Source: Octopus vulgaris
Taxonomy: Eukaryota
Reading direction: 5' to 3'
NCBI GenBank assembly: GCA_951406725.2
Contig: OX597814.1
Coordinates: 46,562,001 to 46,626,000 of the forward strand
DNA: 64,000 nucleotides
The number at the start of each line of letters is the position of its first letter. The first letter of the stretch is position 1. This document shows, in pieces, positions 26,300-39,600 of the stretch. A program made the position numbers and the translations under genes. Below the pieces are notes generated by a model. That model was not told where the DNA came from. It saw only the letters and a list, made by a program, of their open reading frames with translations, and searched no databases.

Positions 26300-26384
26300 G
26301 CAGTACAATCGTTTCATGTGACTCCATTTAATTGAACAATGCAAATTTTACATCAATTTAAAATGTAGAGCAATCTTCAGCTGC
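26300..26384 (-). ncRNA. Type I hammerhead ribozyme motif with long stem II, in a Penelope-like pLTR remnant (about 26166-26460)
   Basis: Reverse strand: gcag CTGAAGA [tgctc..cattt..aattga / tcaatt..aaatggag.ca] GAAA cgattg TA ctgc. Confidence 0.65.
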
Positions 26385-26834
26385 ATAAAAATCTAGAACT
26401 TAGTTAAATTCGAAGGATTCGTTTGTATAGATTTCTTATTATCCAAAATTGCAAAGAGATAGACAAATTGCAAAGTAGATAGACAAAGAACATGTTTCAT
26501 CAACAACATCATAGTTGTAACTCAGATTTTTTTCACATTAAGACACTGCTTATCATTGATTTTATTTTGTTATTCAGTTATTCAGATTTACTAATGGGGG
26601 TGGGGGTTAGTTCTAATTTATAGACTAGTTTATCAAGTCTAATAGAAACTAGAATCTATCTTTTATGGATAGGGTAAAAAGACAATTTAAGTGGCAGAGT
26701 CATAAATCAAGATTTCTTTGAAGGAAAACCATTTGGTTCAGTAAGAATATATTTCAGCCAAATTTGCAGGCTAAAGCTGATGGGGTAGGGATAGTAAAAC
26801 TTATAATACTTAACTATTTGACAACCATAAACCC

Positions 26835-27040
26835 AGTGCACTGGCCCTCATGCCAGTGGCACGTAAAAGCACCCGCTACACTCTTGGAGTGGTTGGCGTT
26901 AGGAAGGGCATCCAGCTGTAGAAACTCTGCCAGATCAAGATTGGAGCCTGGTGCAGCCATCTGGTTCACCAGTCCTAAGTCAAATCATCCAACCCATGCT
27001 GGCATGGAAAGCGGACGTTAAACCATGATGATGATAATGA
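26835..27040 (+). mobile_element. RTE 3'-end fragment
   Basis: Same tail family as 37441-37985. Confidence 0.7.
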
Positions 27041-27365
27041 AACAATTCTCTTATATATAAACCTCATCAGAGCCAGAGTTTAAAGATATACGAAATTCCA
27101 TGTGAAAGGACAGCTGGATTGTAAGGTCCTACTTTTCTATGCCGACATAGGTCAGACAAAATTTATTGAGGCAGATTTTCTATGGCTGGATGTTCTTCCT
27201 TTTGCCAGTCCATATCTGTTTCCAAACAAGATAATATTCCACTAGTCCTTTGAACATGCACACTGGCTTGGATATATCATCATGGAAGATTGTAAACAAA
27301 TGACATGGCTTGTTTGAAGATGGAATTTATTTACAACTAGCATGCAATGCCAAAACAAGTAAACA

Positions 27366-27397
<32 letters not shown>

Positions 27398-27944
27398 ACA
27401 ACACATGCAGATATATATATATATAGATGTATGTATGTATGTATGTATGTATGTATATATATTCATCATCATCATTTTAGCATCAACATTTACATGTTTG
27501 CATAGGTCAGAAAAGACTGTATATGAGCAGTTGGATGCCCCTCCTCTTGCCAAATCCCACTTGTTTCTATGTGAGGAAATAATTGCCAAGTCTATCCAAC
27601 ATCAAACAGTTTGGACACATTTACATGAAGAATTGGAAAAAGCAACATTGAAACAAGCCTTTTGTTTACAAGGATTATGCAACATGCCAAGAAGCTTGGA
27701 CATTGCTTTTATGGTTGACTTCAAGCAAATGACCCTGTTTTACATATATATAAATATATATCATCAGTAAATCCCCAAAAGTAGCTCACTCTAAGTTGTA
27801 GAGCAGTAGAGTATATAGATAAAGATAGATATGACATTCTCATATTTAATACAGGTGTCGCTGTGGTAAGACGCTCGCTTCCGGTATAGCGTTTGTTAGT
27901 AGAATAGTTGGTTTTGTGAGGAACACATATGTATTTTGGCTGTC

Positions 27945-30220
27945 TTAAAAAATATCAATTTTTCTGAAAGTTATTATCATCCAAAGTCGGTGGGGGCAGG
28001 AATCCGTAGTTATGCCTGGTGTAGATTCCGATTAGCCATAACTACAGATTTACCGATTTCTGTCCCCCATCGACTTTAGATGATCATAACTTTCAGAAAA
28101 ATTGATATTTTTAAATGAAATTTTCTACGAATATGTGTTTATATCATGTAGATTCCGAATATAAAAAACGTTTTTGGGAAAGTATTTTAGGAGGGGTGGG
28201 GTGGGAAATTTCGGAAAATTCACCGGAGTCCACTTCAGTTCGGGAAATTCACATGAGTCAGTTTGTTTCTTCAAAACTTCCAGGAAAATGGGTATTTTTT
28301 AATGAAATTTTCAACAAATACATTTCGGTGTACAGATTACAATTTCTATCGGGATTTAATAAGAAAAAATAATTAGTGGACTCGCAGATATACATACTGG
28401 ACACACGACATATATCTATAAAATGAAACTTGAAATTTCTATAAAAAAAATTGGTATGTGTCGGTACGTGTTCGTGCTCAACAATTCTATTTTTCACATT
28501 AATTTCCAATATAACTGTAATGAACATCATTCGGAAAGTAGGCATAACTACAGATTTCTGCCCTCACCGACTTTGGATGATCATAACTTTCAGAAAAATG
28601 GATATTTTTTAATGAAATTTTCTACGAATATGTGTTATATCATGTAGATTCCGAATATACGAAACTTTTGGGGGAAAGTGTTTCAGGAGGCGGGGGTGAA
28701 TTTCGGAAAATTCACCGGAGTCCACTTCAATTCGTCTTAACTTTCAAGAAAATGGATGTTTTTTAATGAAATCCTCTACAGATATACCTCGGACTATGTA
28801 CATTTCAAAGACAAAGGAATTTTTTTGGGAAACAATTGGGGGTTATTTTTGAGAACCGTTCTCCACTCGGGGGTGTTTCGGAACAAGTCCATATTGGTTT
28901 CACTTTCTCCGTTTTGTCTGTTTGTGCATCCGTAGATTTCTACACACTCACACACATGTAATTAAAAAGTTCAGTATCATGTTTATTATAGAGATCATGT
29001 AACAAATTATACTTAACACGTCTGTATTTAACTGTGCGTGTATATTCCTTATTTTTGCTACCAGTGTCTTCTGCCTTTCTATTAGAAATGTTTATCTGGG
29101 AATTTACTTAAAGTGAGAAAAAGAATCGTATGCAACAGATAAGTCGTCTTAGCATATTTCTGTGTACCAGTCCTTTAGCTGTTATTTTTAGCATAACGAG
29201 TTTTCTGGTGAGGGCTTCATTTGCGTTCATTGCTTCAGTAGAAATTTACGGATGCACAAACGCACAAAACGGAGAATATGAAGCAAATATGGACGACTTG
29301 TTCCGAAACACCCCCGAGTGGAGAATTGTTCTCAAAAATAACCCCCATTTGTTCCCCCCCCCCCTCACCAAATTCTTATGCCCTCGGAATCTACATAGTC
29401 CGAGGTATATTTGTTGAGAATTTCATTAAAACATATCCATTTTCCTGAAAGTTAAGACGAATTGAAGTGGGCTCCGATGAATTTTCCGAAATCCCCCCCA
29501 AAAATGTATATTCGGAATCCACGTGATATAACACATATTTGTAGAAAATTTCATTAAAAAAATATCCATTTTTCAGAAAGTTATGATCATCCAAAGTCAG
29601 GATGGGGGGACAGAAATCTGTAGTTATGCCAGAAAGTATTTGTGGAAAATTTCATTAAAAAATACCCATTTTTCTGAGAGTTAAGACGTAGCAAAACTGA
29701 CTCATGAGGATTTACAGAAACTCCACACCGCAGAAAAAATGTTTCTCAACAAACTTCGATATAGGCGCAGGAGTGGCTGTGTGGTAAGTAGCTTGTTTAC
29801 CAACCACATGGTTCCGGGTTCAGTCCCACTGCGTGGCACCTTGGGCAAGTGTCTTCTACTATAGCCTCGGGCCGACCAAAGCCTTGTGAGTGGATTTGGT
29901 AGATGGAAACTGAAAGAAGCCCGTCGTATATATGTATATATATATGCGTGTGTGTTTGTCCCCCTAGCATTGCTTGACAACCGATGCTGGTGTGTTTATG
30001 TCCCCGTTACTTAGCGGTTCGGCAAAACAGACCGATAGAATAAGTACTGGGCTTACAAAGGAATAAGTCCCGGGGTCGAGTTGCTCGATTAAAGGCGGTG
30101 CTCCAGCATGGCCGCAGTCAAATGACTGAAACAAGTAAAAGAGTATAATCGTAATCTACACTATCCGAAGCGTATTTGTAGAAAACTTCATTAAAAAATG
30201 TCCATCTTTCTGAAGTTACG
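27945..30220. repeat. Cluster of direct and inverted copies of an unclassified CpG-retaining repeat; large inverted pair about 28541-28945 / 29238-29630
   Basis: gcataactacagattt...gatgatcataactttcagaaaaa at about 28036 and 28541; reverse complements at about 27960 and 29560-29630. Confidence 0.75.
29764..30145 (+). mobile_element. SINE family A, full length
   Basis: ggcgcaggagtggctgtgtgg head with A/B boxes, central (TA/TG)n, tail tgactgaaacaagtaaaagagt. Confidence 0.9.
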
Positions 30221-30587
30221 AGGAAAGGAAATCGATGGGGCACTCTTGTGTGGGTATGCTGTAACTAAACATTCGACACGTGCTGGAGTCGCTCTGTTTA
30301 TTTTTTGCATTTGTCTCGTAATACTTAATGAAATAAATTCTCTAAATTTGATGACGGCCCCTGCCTGAAACTTCACGTCTTTCCGCTTCCTCACGGCAAA
30401 GAAATATCTATGATTTGTCAGTTCGCCTCATGGTCCCATCGAATGATTTAGATAGTATAAATATATAAAATCCGTGACTAAAGACTTCAATGAAAATAAT
30501 TAACAGAGCTGGTCGACGATTGGTCGAAACACTTGATGACGTCTATCACAAAATTCCTGGTTATTATTGAAAGTATAACATCTAATC
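30220..30587 (+). promoter_or_regulatory. Probable promoter/5'UTR of the kinase gene
   Basis: Unique CpG-retaining sequence directly before the ATG at 30588. E-box CACGTG at 30277, ETS-like cttccgcttcc-type motif near 30380, TATAAA at 30456. Confidence 0.45.
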
Positions 30588-30666
30588 ATGTTGCTGGCAA
30601 ATATTCCATACTCGATTGTTTTGGAAATATCAACGTTGGATTTTGATGATGGATGGAAAAAAATTG
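30588..30666 (+). CDS. IRAK1: Kinase exon 1, death-domain start
   Basis: MLLANIPYSIVLEISTLDFDDGWKKI then g|gtaatt; phase 1 matches exon 2. Confidence 0.8.
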
Positions 30667-33600
30667 GTAATTTTGAAACTTATCCATTTTTATGAGTCAC
30701 TAAATAGTGTTTTTGTAGACAGTTTTTCCGTTTTATTTTTCGAGTAGACCAAATAGATGGTTGGGTGATGGAAAGTATCAAAACTTGTATTTGGCCATAT
30801 CGACTTCAGACTTGTTCAAGACATGTCCTTTCATAGAAATATACATTAATCAAACAAAAAAAAAGTAAACGTTTAAAACAGATACTACTGTTAAATATGT
30901 ATTGTTTGGGTTCGAATGAAATCCATGCGAGCTTAATAAGTTAGGGGAAGTAATTCCGATAAACACTTTAGGAGTTGATTTTTACGTCTTTTACAAATGT
31001 TGTTGATTCCCAGGTCAGTTAGTCCTATTGTGACCATCCCAATTTTATTGGCCTGGAATAGTGTTTTTTTACATTTTTTAAATAAAGAATGTGGGGTGTA
31101 ATTTTGGCTATTACAGCTGGTCATGTAATTACGTCGTAGTTTCCTCACAGACTGGAAGAAAACTTCTGGTATTATGCCTTAACGAGTAAAGATCTTTATA
31201 TTAACCAGCACAAGTACTTCCTCATCTGACGTTATTTGGTAGTGGTCACGATTTCTATGTATATTTGGCGGAGGACTGGGATAGCTTGCCCACAAAAGTT
31301 AGATTTTTCTCCGGTTTGACTGAGATTTTTTAGGGTTTTTTTTACCACACTGCCTTATATTTTGCCTTCTTGAATTTTTGCTCCTTGTTCTTCCAGCTCA
31401 TGTCCAATCTACATGCCGGATTCTATCCCAATTATTATTCCCACAAGACGAATTTCTTATCACCATGTCCTTTTGTTGCCATTTCTTCTCAATTCATAAA
31501 CATATGTTCGCAAAATTTGTCGTAGATTCCGTTCATGATCTTAAAATATATCCCTATAAAATCCTCTGCATGAAAGTAAAACCAGCCGAGTCGTTCGGCG
31601 AAGTTCTGTTTTAAGCACAGCATGTAACACCTCATAACTTTTTACTTCCTGGAATTTTCAGAAAAGTTTTGCGAATTTGTATTCTACACATAGTAACTCA
31701 TACTATTATGCAAAAACCAAAACATTTAAGTACATGATGTCAAGGTTATTTAGCTGTTATTTTTAGCACATCTCACGACCATCTCAGACCCACCTCGTTT
31801 GTCACTCTGACGTATTGATGTTTTTCAATGTTTCTCACCATAAATACATTTAATGGCCTATTGCTGGGATTTAAGCCAAAAATTCGGACTGTCTGTATTT
31901 TAAACGGTGATTATTTTTTTAAATTCGAAAAATTAAAAACAAATGGTTTTCATAACCGCGTGATTTTCTGTGTAGAATACAATTCGCAAAAATTTTCTGA
32001 AAATTCTCCAAAATAAAAAAAGTTATGGGGGGTTACATGGTGTGCTTAAAACAGAATTACGCCAGTCGTTCTTTATATGAGAGTTCCCTCAATCGACAAG
32101 TTCTGTGATTTCGTCGTTCATTTTCTACCATTTCCATAACCATTAATTTGTACGAGCACCATACCTGGTTAGCATATTCCAATTGCAGCCTCATCATTAT
32201 TGTATACAATATCTTTACATTTCTTCATTTATTAGACTGAATGATCTTAAGTCCTACAGTGGTGTTGTCTTTATTTTCTCTTCTAAGTGCTTTCACCAAA
32301 CCTCATTGCTTTTTATGTGTTTTTTCTTTTTGCATTTTCCTTCATTCGGTTTATTTCAAATTGTCACTTTCTTGCTCTTATTCTTTTTATTCTCACAAAT
32401 CCGCATTTCTTGGATGGAAATTTTTAACAGCCTCTTCTCTTAACAATTTTAGCTTTATTCGAGTTCTTTTGCATTCAAATACACCAAAACAGAAACTGGA
32501 GCAAGACTGTATCCTTCAACCTGTTGGATCCTATCAACTCATTGAACTCATGCTAGCTTGGAAAATGGATGAAAATGGTGATGATGATTATACAGAGGTC
32601 AGATGTGGAGACATGCCCCTTTGCAAAACAAAGACAACCTACATATACAGTTGAACTGCAACCTAGGTTTGATTAGGGCACTTCATAATCCTGACTGCCT
32701 CCGTTTCTATGTTCAGCAGGCTTTATGTCCAGAGGTTTAGAAATGCACCAAAAGAGAGCAAGCAACAACATGGACAACAGATTTCAGAAGCTGTTGTTTC
32801 CAAAGCACCAGTTTCAGATTCAAGGATAACTAAAAAAATTTCTGTTACTTGTAGTGTTCAAACCCACAAGTACCTGTGAGCAATCTGTATCATAGTAAGA
32901 AAGCACCTGTGCTCCACTGGTGGTTAAGATGTAACAGTCCATAGCCCTGTCAAGTGATTTTCACCAATGGTCTATTACTTGCATGCTTCACAAAACTGGA
33001 ACCCATCTCGTAAATCTGCACTTCATTTTGTACTTAAATATTGTAGTTTGTCCAAGTTGTCCACCGGTGTCTCACTGGCTGTTCAAAACACTGTTAATTT
33101 CATACATTCCAAGGAGAAGTTAAGCCCCTCTTCAAATATTCTCCTTGCCTTTAGTCCTTGCCACAAATAGTAGTACCTAGCAGAGGTACTACTAGTTGTG
33201 ATCAGAAGAGGAGATCCCTGGTCATTGACTTCTGATATTGAGTACAAGACACTTTAAAAAGTATGTTACATGTGAGTCACTTCACTAATGTAAGTTGGAA
33301 GGAATGTCTCCGATATGTAATGTGTTCGAGTTGTATCAAAATGTGTGTAGTTTACAGTTTTTGAAGACAGTTCATAGAAAGAATCCATTTTCAATGATTT
33401 CTTAGAGAGGCATGAATAAAGAATATTCAGAAGGCAAGTTTATAAAACGTTGAAATTTATTTGGTAGTGTCATGAGTGCTAGCAAGTGATAACAAGAATT
33501 AATCTTGCATATAAATGGGAACCAAATATGTGTGTGTGAGACAGGAAAAAAATCACATGGTTTACTATATACACTGAGGTCTATATGAAGCAGAGTGGAA

Positions 33601-36600
33601 ACTAATATTAATCAAATGAGTTGCATGTATTTGGTGGTGGACACAGAAAATGTGACATGTCGAAGAAAATGATGTTGCTTCTATGCCGTGAAATCTGCAA
33701 CTAGTTTGAAACTGCTTCTTTCCTGCTGTAGTGAATTTCTTCAGCTAAGGTAGATCGCTGCTGTTTTATTCTTATGCCTCCAGCTCTGATTGGCTGGAAT
33801 CTTCCACAGCACAACTGAACTATGTCACAGCAACAAAATAGATCTTTCCTGTCTCGCTACAAGCCCTTTTCTTTTAGCTACCCTTAGACCTACAACTGAT
33901 GGTGTAACTAGTAGCGCTTTGGCACCAGCAGCCTCTGGAATCTGCTGTTGCTTACTTTCTTTCTCTGCATTTCTAACTTCTTTGAGCATAAAACCCTCAA
34001 ATGGCTCTTACTGCCGCTTGTTTAACAGCTGGGTTTTCTTTTCTGCAGCATCAGTGTTATTGCTTTTCTTTTTGTATCTATAGCAAATTACTCTGTTGTA
34101 TTTGAGGTTCATTAGGATTTTGTAGAAGCCCATACAGATAATACCTAATCACATATATTTTCTGCTCGCCTCAGGGTCAATATTGTAAACAGTGTTCTTT
34201 GCCACAACCATTGTGTTGCTCTGTGCCATGTATTGCAGCATTAGTTTATAGGCAACCAATTCTAGTTGTCTTGCTGCTGATTCCATACATCACTTAGAGT
34301 TTACTTAAGATATTCTTTTGAGAATAATTGGAAACCCCACTCAGTTGTTCATGAACCAGAGATATTACTTTCCACTTTGCTCATTCTTCAATGAATGCTT
34401 CAGGCAATAAGACACTCACTATCATTGCCACATTATTGTTAATGCTTTTGTTTATGTCTTGTAAAATTCATGTTTTCACTTGTTAACATGTTGCCACTGT
34501 TGTCATTTGACAAAGCCTATTCAATTAAGTTTTTTTTTTTTTTGTTTGTATACTGTGTTATGTTCATTTGTTACTTTTCCTGAGGCATTGCTCACTCTTC
34601 TAGAATGAGAATCCATTTAGGGTAAATTCTTGTTTGCTGAGGGTGCTGCTGTACTCTGTTTCCAAATGCAGGAGTCAGTTTACTTTCCAAATTCTCTGAA
34701 TAATGAAGAATAATTTATTGATCAAAGTGGAATACCTTTCACAAGGTATGTCATCTTGTCCCAAGACACTCTTCAATTATACATTCTTTATAAAATTCCA
34801 GAGTTCTTTTATTTAGAAGTCTCCAAGATCAAATTTTGCTCATGGTACTGTTGGTTTTGGTATCCCTTGCATTGGTAGTACAGGGATATTTTGAAGACAA
34901 TCACCATAGGTTCTGCACAAATGTGTTTCCATTTCATCCTTGCTACATATCATGTTACCATTTCTGATCTCTTGAAATAGACCTTTTGCAAACTTGAAAA
35001 GACTTTCAATAAACTTTCTTCAGCTCTATAACCTGAGCCTTCTTTTCCTCCTCCTCTTCCCAATACATGCCAGCTGTTAGAAGCCCTTCTTAGCATCATT
35101 ATACGGTGTATTCAGGCTAGAAATGCATAAAAGGAAAAGAAAACACACTATTGCATCCCAAAATAAAAGTATTTTAAAAAAATCAAAAATATTGACTGGA
35201 TTGTGGTTGGGAGATGGCAGTTTATTCCAAGTAGCTACCCTCAGCTTCCACTGTTGCCTCAAGATGGCTCTGGAGCCTGGCACACGCACTCCTCACTGTG
35301 TCCCTAGGAAGATCTTCAAACACCTCCGTGATCTTGGCTACCAGCTCGGCCTTGGTATTGAAAGCAGAGTGGTTAATATCTTTCTCAACCATGCCGCACC
35401 TCCACACACACACACACAGTAATCCATGGGATTACAATCAGGGGAGTTAGGATGCCAGAAATTAGAGGTGGTGAAGTCATAGAAATAATCCGAAAACCAC
35501 TTCTGACTCTTTCTGGAAATATGGTAAAGACCCAAACCATGCTACCACAAATATGGCCTTCCAGCAGCAACCCTTTCCAGCCAGGGTTTGACATAGTCTC
35601 CAGAAGCTTCACATAACCCTCTGGATTGAACCTAAGTCCCTGCTCAAAGATGTGAGGATAAAACCTGATGTGTGAATGCAGTCAGAATGCCTACTGTGTA
35701 CCTTCCTGCTGGTCATGGCTTTGTAGTCTTTGGTGTAGATGTCCATATCATGTCTTACAGCTTTTACAATGTTCACATAGCATTGAGCAGCACTGATCAT
35801 CATCATTTAGCGTCCGCTTTCCATGCTAGCATGGGTTGGACGGTTCAACTGGGGTCTGTGAAGCTGGAAGGCTTCGTCAGGCCCAGTCAGATCTGGCAGT
35901 GTTTCTACGGCTGGATGCCCTTCCTAACGCCAACCACTCCGTGAGTGTAGTGGGTACTTTTTACGTGCCACCTGCACAGGTGCCAGACAGAGCTGGCAAA
36001 CGGCCACGAACGGATGGTGCTTTTACGTGTCACCGGCACGGGGCCAGGCGATGCTGGCAACGGACACGAACGGATGGTGCTTTTACGTGCCACCGACACG
36101 GGGCCAGACGATGTCAGTATTTTGATACTCAGCACAAATCTTGATACCGGTAACTCTTTTCCAATATTCAGATGGCTTCCAGTTCCCCATGTCAGCTAAC
36201 TTTTTCTCAACTACAACTTCATTCTTTATGCTCTCCAATGCCATTGGCTATTCACCAATACATCAAGCTGTTCCTGAAAAAAGAAAATCATAAAATTTAA
36301 CCCTGTAGAGCAGTTTCAACAGTGCCTTCTTCACTCATCTCAATCCATCTACTCCTCAAAGATTTCTTCTCCCTCTTGATTGCTTCTATAAGGTGATTCC
36401 TCCTGCTATTACTTCCTGATACATTCTTCTGTTTGTTGTCTTCATTTGGTGTGCCAAACATTTTTTCCCCAGTATTATAGATTGAATTAGCATGTATGAA
36501 GAGCTCTTCCAACACTCCCTCTTTCTTATCACTCATCTTCTCCAGTAATGTACTTTCAAACTCTTTGTAGGCTGACAGTTCAGCTGCTTTTGTCCACCTA

Positions 36601-39600
36601 ATCTTTGCTCATTCTCCTCATTATCCTGTGCAGTTGTGCTGACCATACAACTGTGGTTTACCTCCTGAGTACTATCAATGCATATCATCTGATTGACATT
36701 GCATTTCTGTGTACACCATCTGGACTTCTGAATCCAAAAGCCTTTCAGCATTCTGAACCATTTCCCACAGTACATTGATTTAGTGTTTTTGTAGAAATGA
36801 ACGTAAGCACACAAAAGAAAATGTACTATGGCTAAAAAAAAAATGTTTAAGTCTACTTCAGATACTTGGATTAAATATTCATGTGCTCAGAAATCCCTTG
36901 CTTTCAAAATAATTTCAAAATTGAAAAGTTTTCACCAGTAAAATTTGATAAACCAATTTTCTCAGAGAAATTTTATACCTAAGCAGCACTAAAAGAAACT
37001 TTTTGTTTTTACTGTTTTTGAAACTTTTTTTTTTTAGAATTAATTGAACAAATTTTTTAAGAATTGTGATTCTTTTTGTTTAATTTTTTAAAAAATATTC
37101 CCCATTTTATGAATAAATTCATATATTCTATCCTGTAGTATTACACTAAGAAAACTGAATGCTAAGTTCTTTCAAAACTGCACAAAATGTTTTACAAATT
37201 ATACAAGACTTAAAAAGAGTCCTATTGCACTAAGCCAAATTAAGTGACCTAGAACAAGCTATGAAGTTGGAAAACTTTAAACAAAGGAATATTTTGGTAA
37301 TTGAAAATAAATTTTTGAGAGTAATTTTCTTTAAGCTATTTATAGAAATACTTTAGATCATATTTCACATCGAAATTTTTAAAAAAATCTTGTTTGGTTT
37401 ACATTTATAAAATTTTTGCAATATTTAATATACATATATATCATCATCATCATCGTTTAACATCCATTTTCCATGCTAGCATGGATTGGACGATTTGACT
37501 GAGGTCTGGCGAACCAGATGGCTGCACCAGACTCCAATCTGATCTGGCAGAGTTTCTACAGCTAGATGCCCTTCCTAACACCAATCACTTCGAGAGTGTA
37601 GTGGGTGCTTTTACGTGTCACCGGCACGAGGGCCAGTCTGGTGGTATTGGCAACGGCCATGCTCAAATGGTGCCTTTTATGTGCCACTTGCACAGGTGCT
37701 TGTCCAGTGGCACTGGCGACGATCTTGCTCAAATGTTGTTTCACATGCCACGTGATCACACTCGAATGGTATTTTTTACATGCCACTGGCATGGAGGCCA
37801 TCTTGTTGCTCTGGCAATGATCACATTCGTATGGTACTCTTAGAAATCCACTAGCACGGATGCCAGTCATCAAATTTGATTTCGATTTCACTTGCCTCAA
37901 AAGGTCTTGCAAGGAGAGTTTAGTGTCCAATGAAGGAAAGGTACGCATAAGTGGGCTGGTTACACCCCTGGCATAGGCCACAAGGTTATGGTCTCACTTG
38001 AGCTTGCCAAGTCTTCTCAAGCACAGCATATTTCCAAAGGTCCCGGTCACTAGTCATTGCCTTGATGAGGCCCAATCTTCGAAGGTCATACTTCACCTCA
38101 TCCCAGGTCTTCCTGGGTCTACCTCTTCCACAGGTTCCCTCAACTGTTAGGATGTGGCACTTTTTCACACAGCTATCTACATCCATTCTCGCCACATGGC
38201 CATACCATCTGAGTTGTCTCTCTTGCACACCACATCTGATACTTCTTAGAACCAACTTTTCTCTCAAGGTACTAACACTCTGTCGAGTATGCACACTGAC
38301 ATTACACATCCATCGGATCATACTGGCTTCGTTCCTTGCGAGCTTACGCATGTCTTCAGCAGTCACGGCCCATGTTTCACTGCCATGTAGCACGGCTGTT
38401 TGTACACATGTGTCATACAGTCTACCTTTTACTCTGAGCAAGAGGCCCTTTATCACCAGCAGAGGTAAGAGCTCTCTGAACTTTGCCCAGGCTATTCTTA
38501 TTCTAGCAGCTACACTTTCAGCGTACCCTCCCCTGCTACTGACTTGGTCACCAAGGTAACGGAAATTATCAACTATTTCTAGTTTTTCTCCCTGGAATGT
38601 GACGGAAGTTGTTCTCTGCACATTTTCAGTGTTTATTGCTCCTGAACATCTGCCACATACAAAAACTATCTTCCGTTAGCCTTCCTTTGATATTGCTGCA
38701 CCTCTTATGTGTCTATAGCTTACACTGGGTACATCTTATACAGTTTCTACCTATGCCTTTTCTACAGAGCGAGCAGGGCCATCTACCTGAAGGGATTTGT
38801 GGTTTGCCTGCCTTCCTACTTATTAGGATTTTGGTTTTAGCTAGGTTGACTCTAAGGCCCTTCGATTTTAATCCTTGTTTGCACACCTGAAACTTCTCTA
38901 GTTCTGATAGTGACTCAGCAATTAGAGCAAGGTCGTCAGCATAGAGGAGCTCCCAGGGGCATCCTGTCTTGAATTCCTCCGTTATTGCCTGGAGGACTGA
39001 TAAATAGGAGAGGGCTGAGGACTGAACCTTGGTGGACCCTACCTCTACCCGGAATTCTTCACTGTACTTGTTGCCAACCCTCACCTTACTGACAGCGTCC
39101 CTGTACATGGCTTGCTCAGCTCTCATGAACCATTCATCTATCCCTAGTTTCCTCATTGACCACCAGATAAGGGATCCGTGGACTCTGTCAAAGGCTTTTT
39201 CCATGTCAACGAAAGCCTGGTACAGAGGTTCAGCCAGATATATACTCTTTTGCTTTTTACAATCATTTGACTGTGGCCATGCTGGAGCACTGCCTTTAGT
39301 TGAGCAAATCGACTTATTCTTTGTAAGCCTAGTACTTATTCTATCGGTCTCTTTTATCGAACCGCTAAGTTACGGGGACGTAAAAACACACCAGCATCGG
39401 TTGTCAAGCGATGTTAGGGGAACAATCACAGACACACAAACATACACACACACATACATATAGATATATATATATATATATATACATATATACGACGGGC
39501 TTCTTTCAGTTTCCGTCTACCAAATCCACTCACAGGCTTTGGTTGGCCCGTGGCTATAGTAGAAGACACTTGCCCAAGGTGCAAGATCCTGGAACTATAC

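Larger units (their letters stand above)
32700..36800 (-). mobile_element. Decayed Hero/R2-like non-LTR retrotransposon, interrupted by younger insertions (35101-36290)
   Basis: Reverse frames give CGKWFRMLKGFWIQKSRWC (degenerate N-terminal Zn finger), SRRNHLIEAIKREKKSLRSRW, and FKFAKGLFQEIRNGNMICSKDEMETHLCRTYGD...P..P..FD (34700-35020). The low-coordinate boundary is uncertain. Confidence 0.55.

Noticed and set aside
29764-29840. tRNA-like A/B box sequence
   Set aside because: SINE head repeated many times in the window; no full cloverleaf or terminator.
30933-31596. Short ORFs in kinase intron 1
   Set aside because: No recognisable motif and no consistent splice sites.
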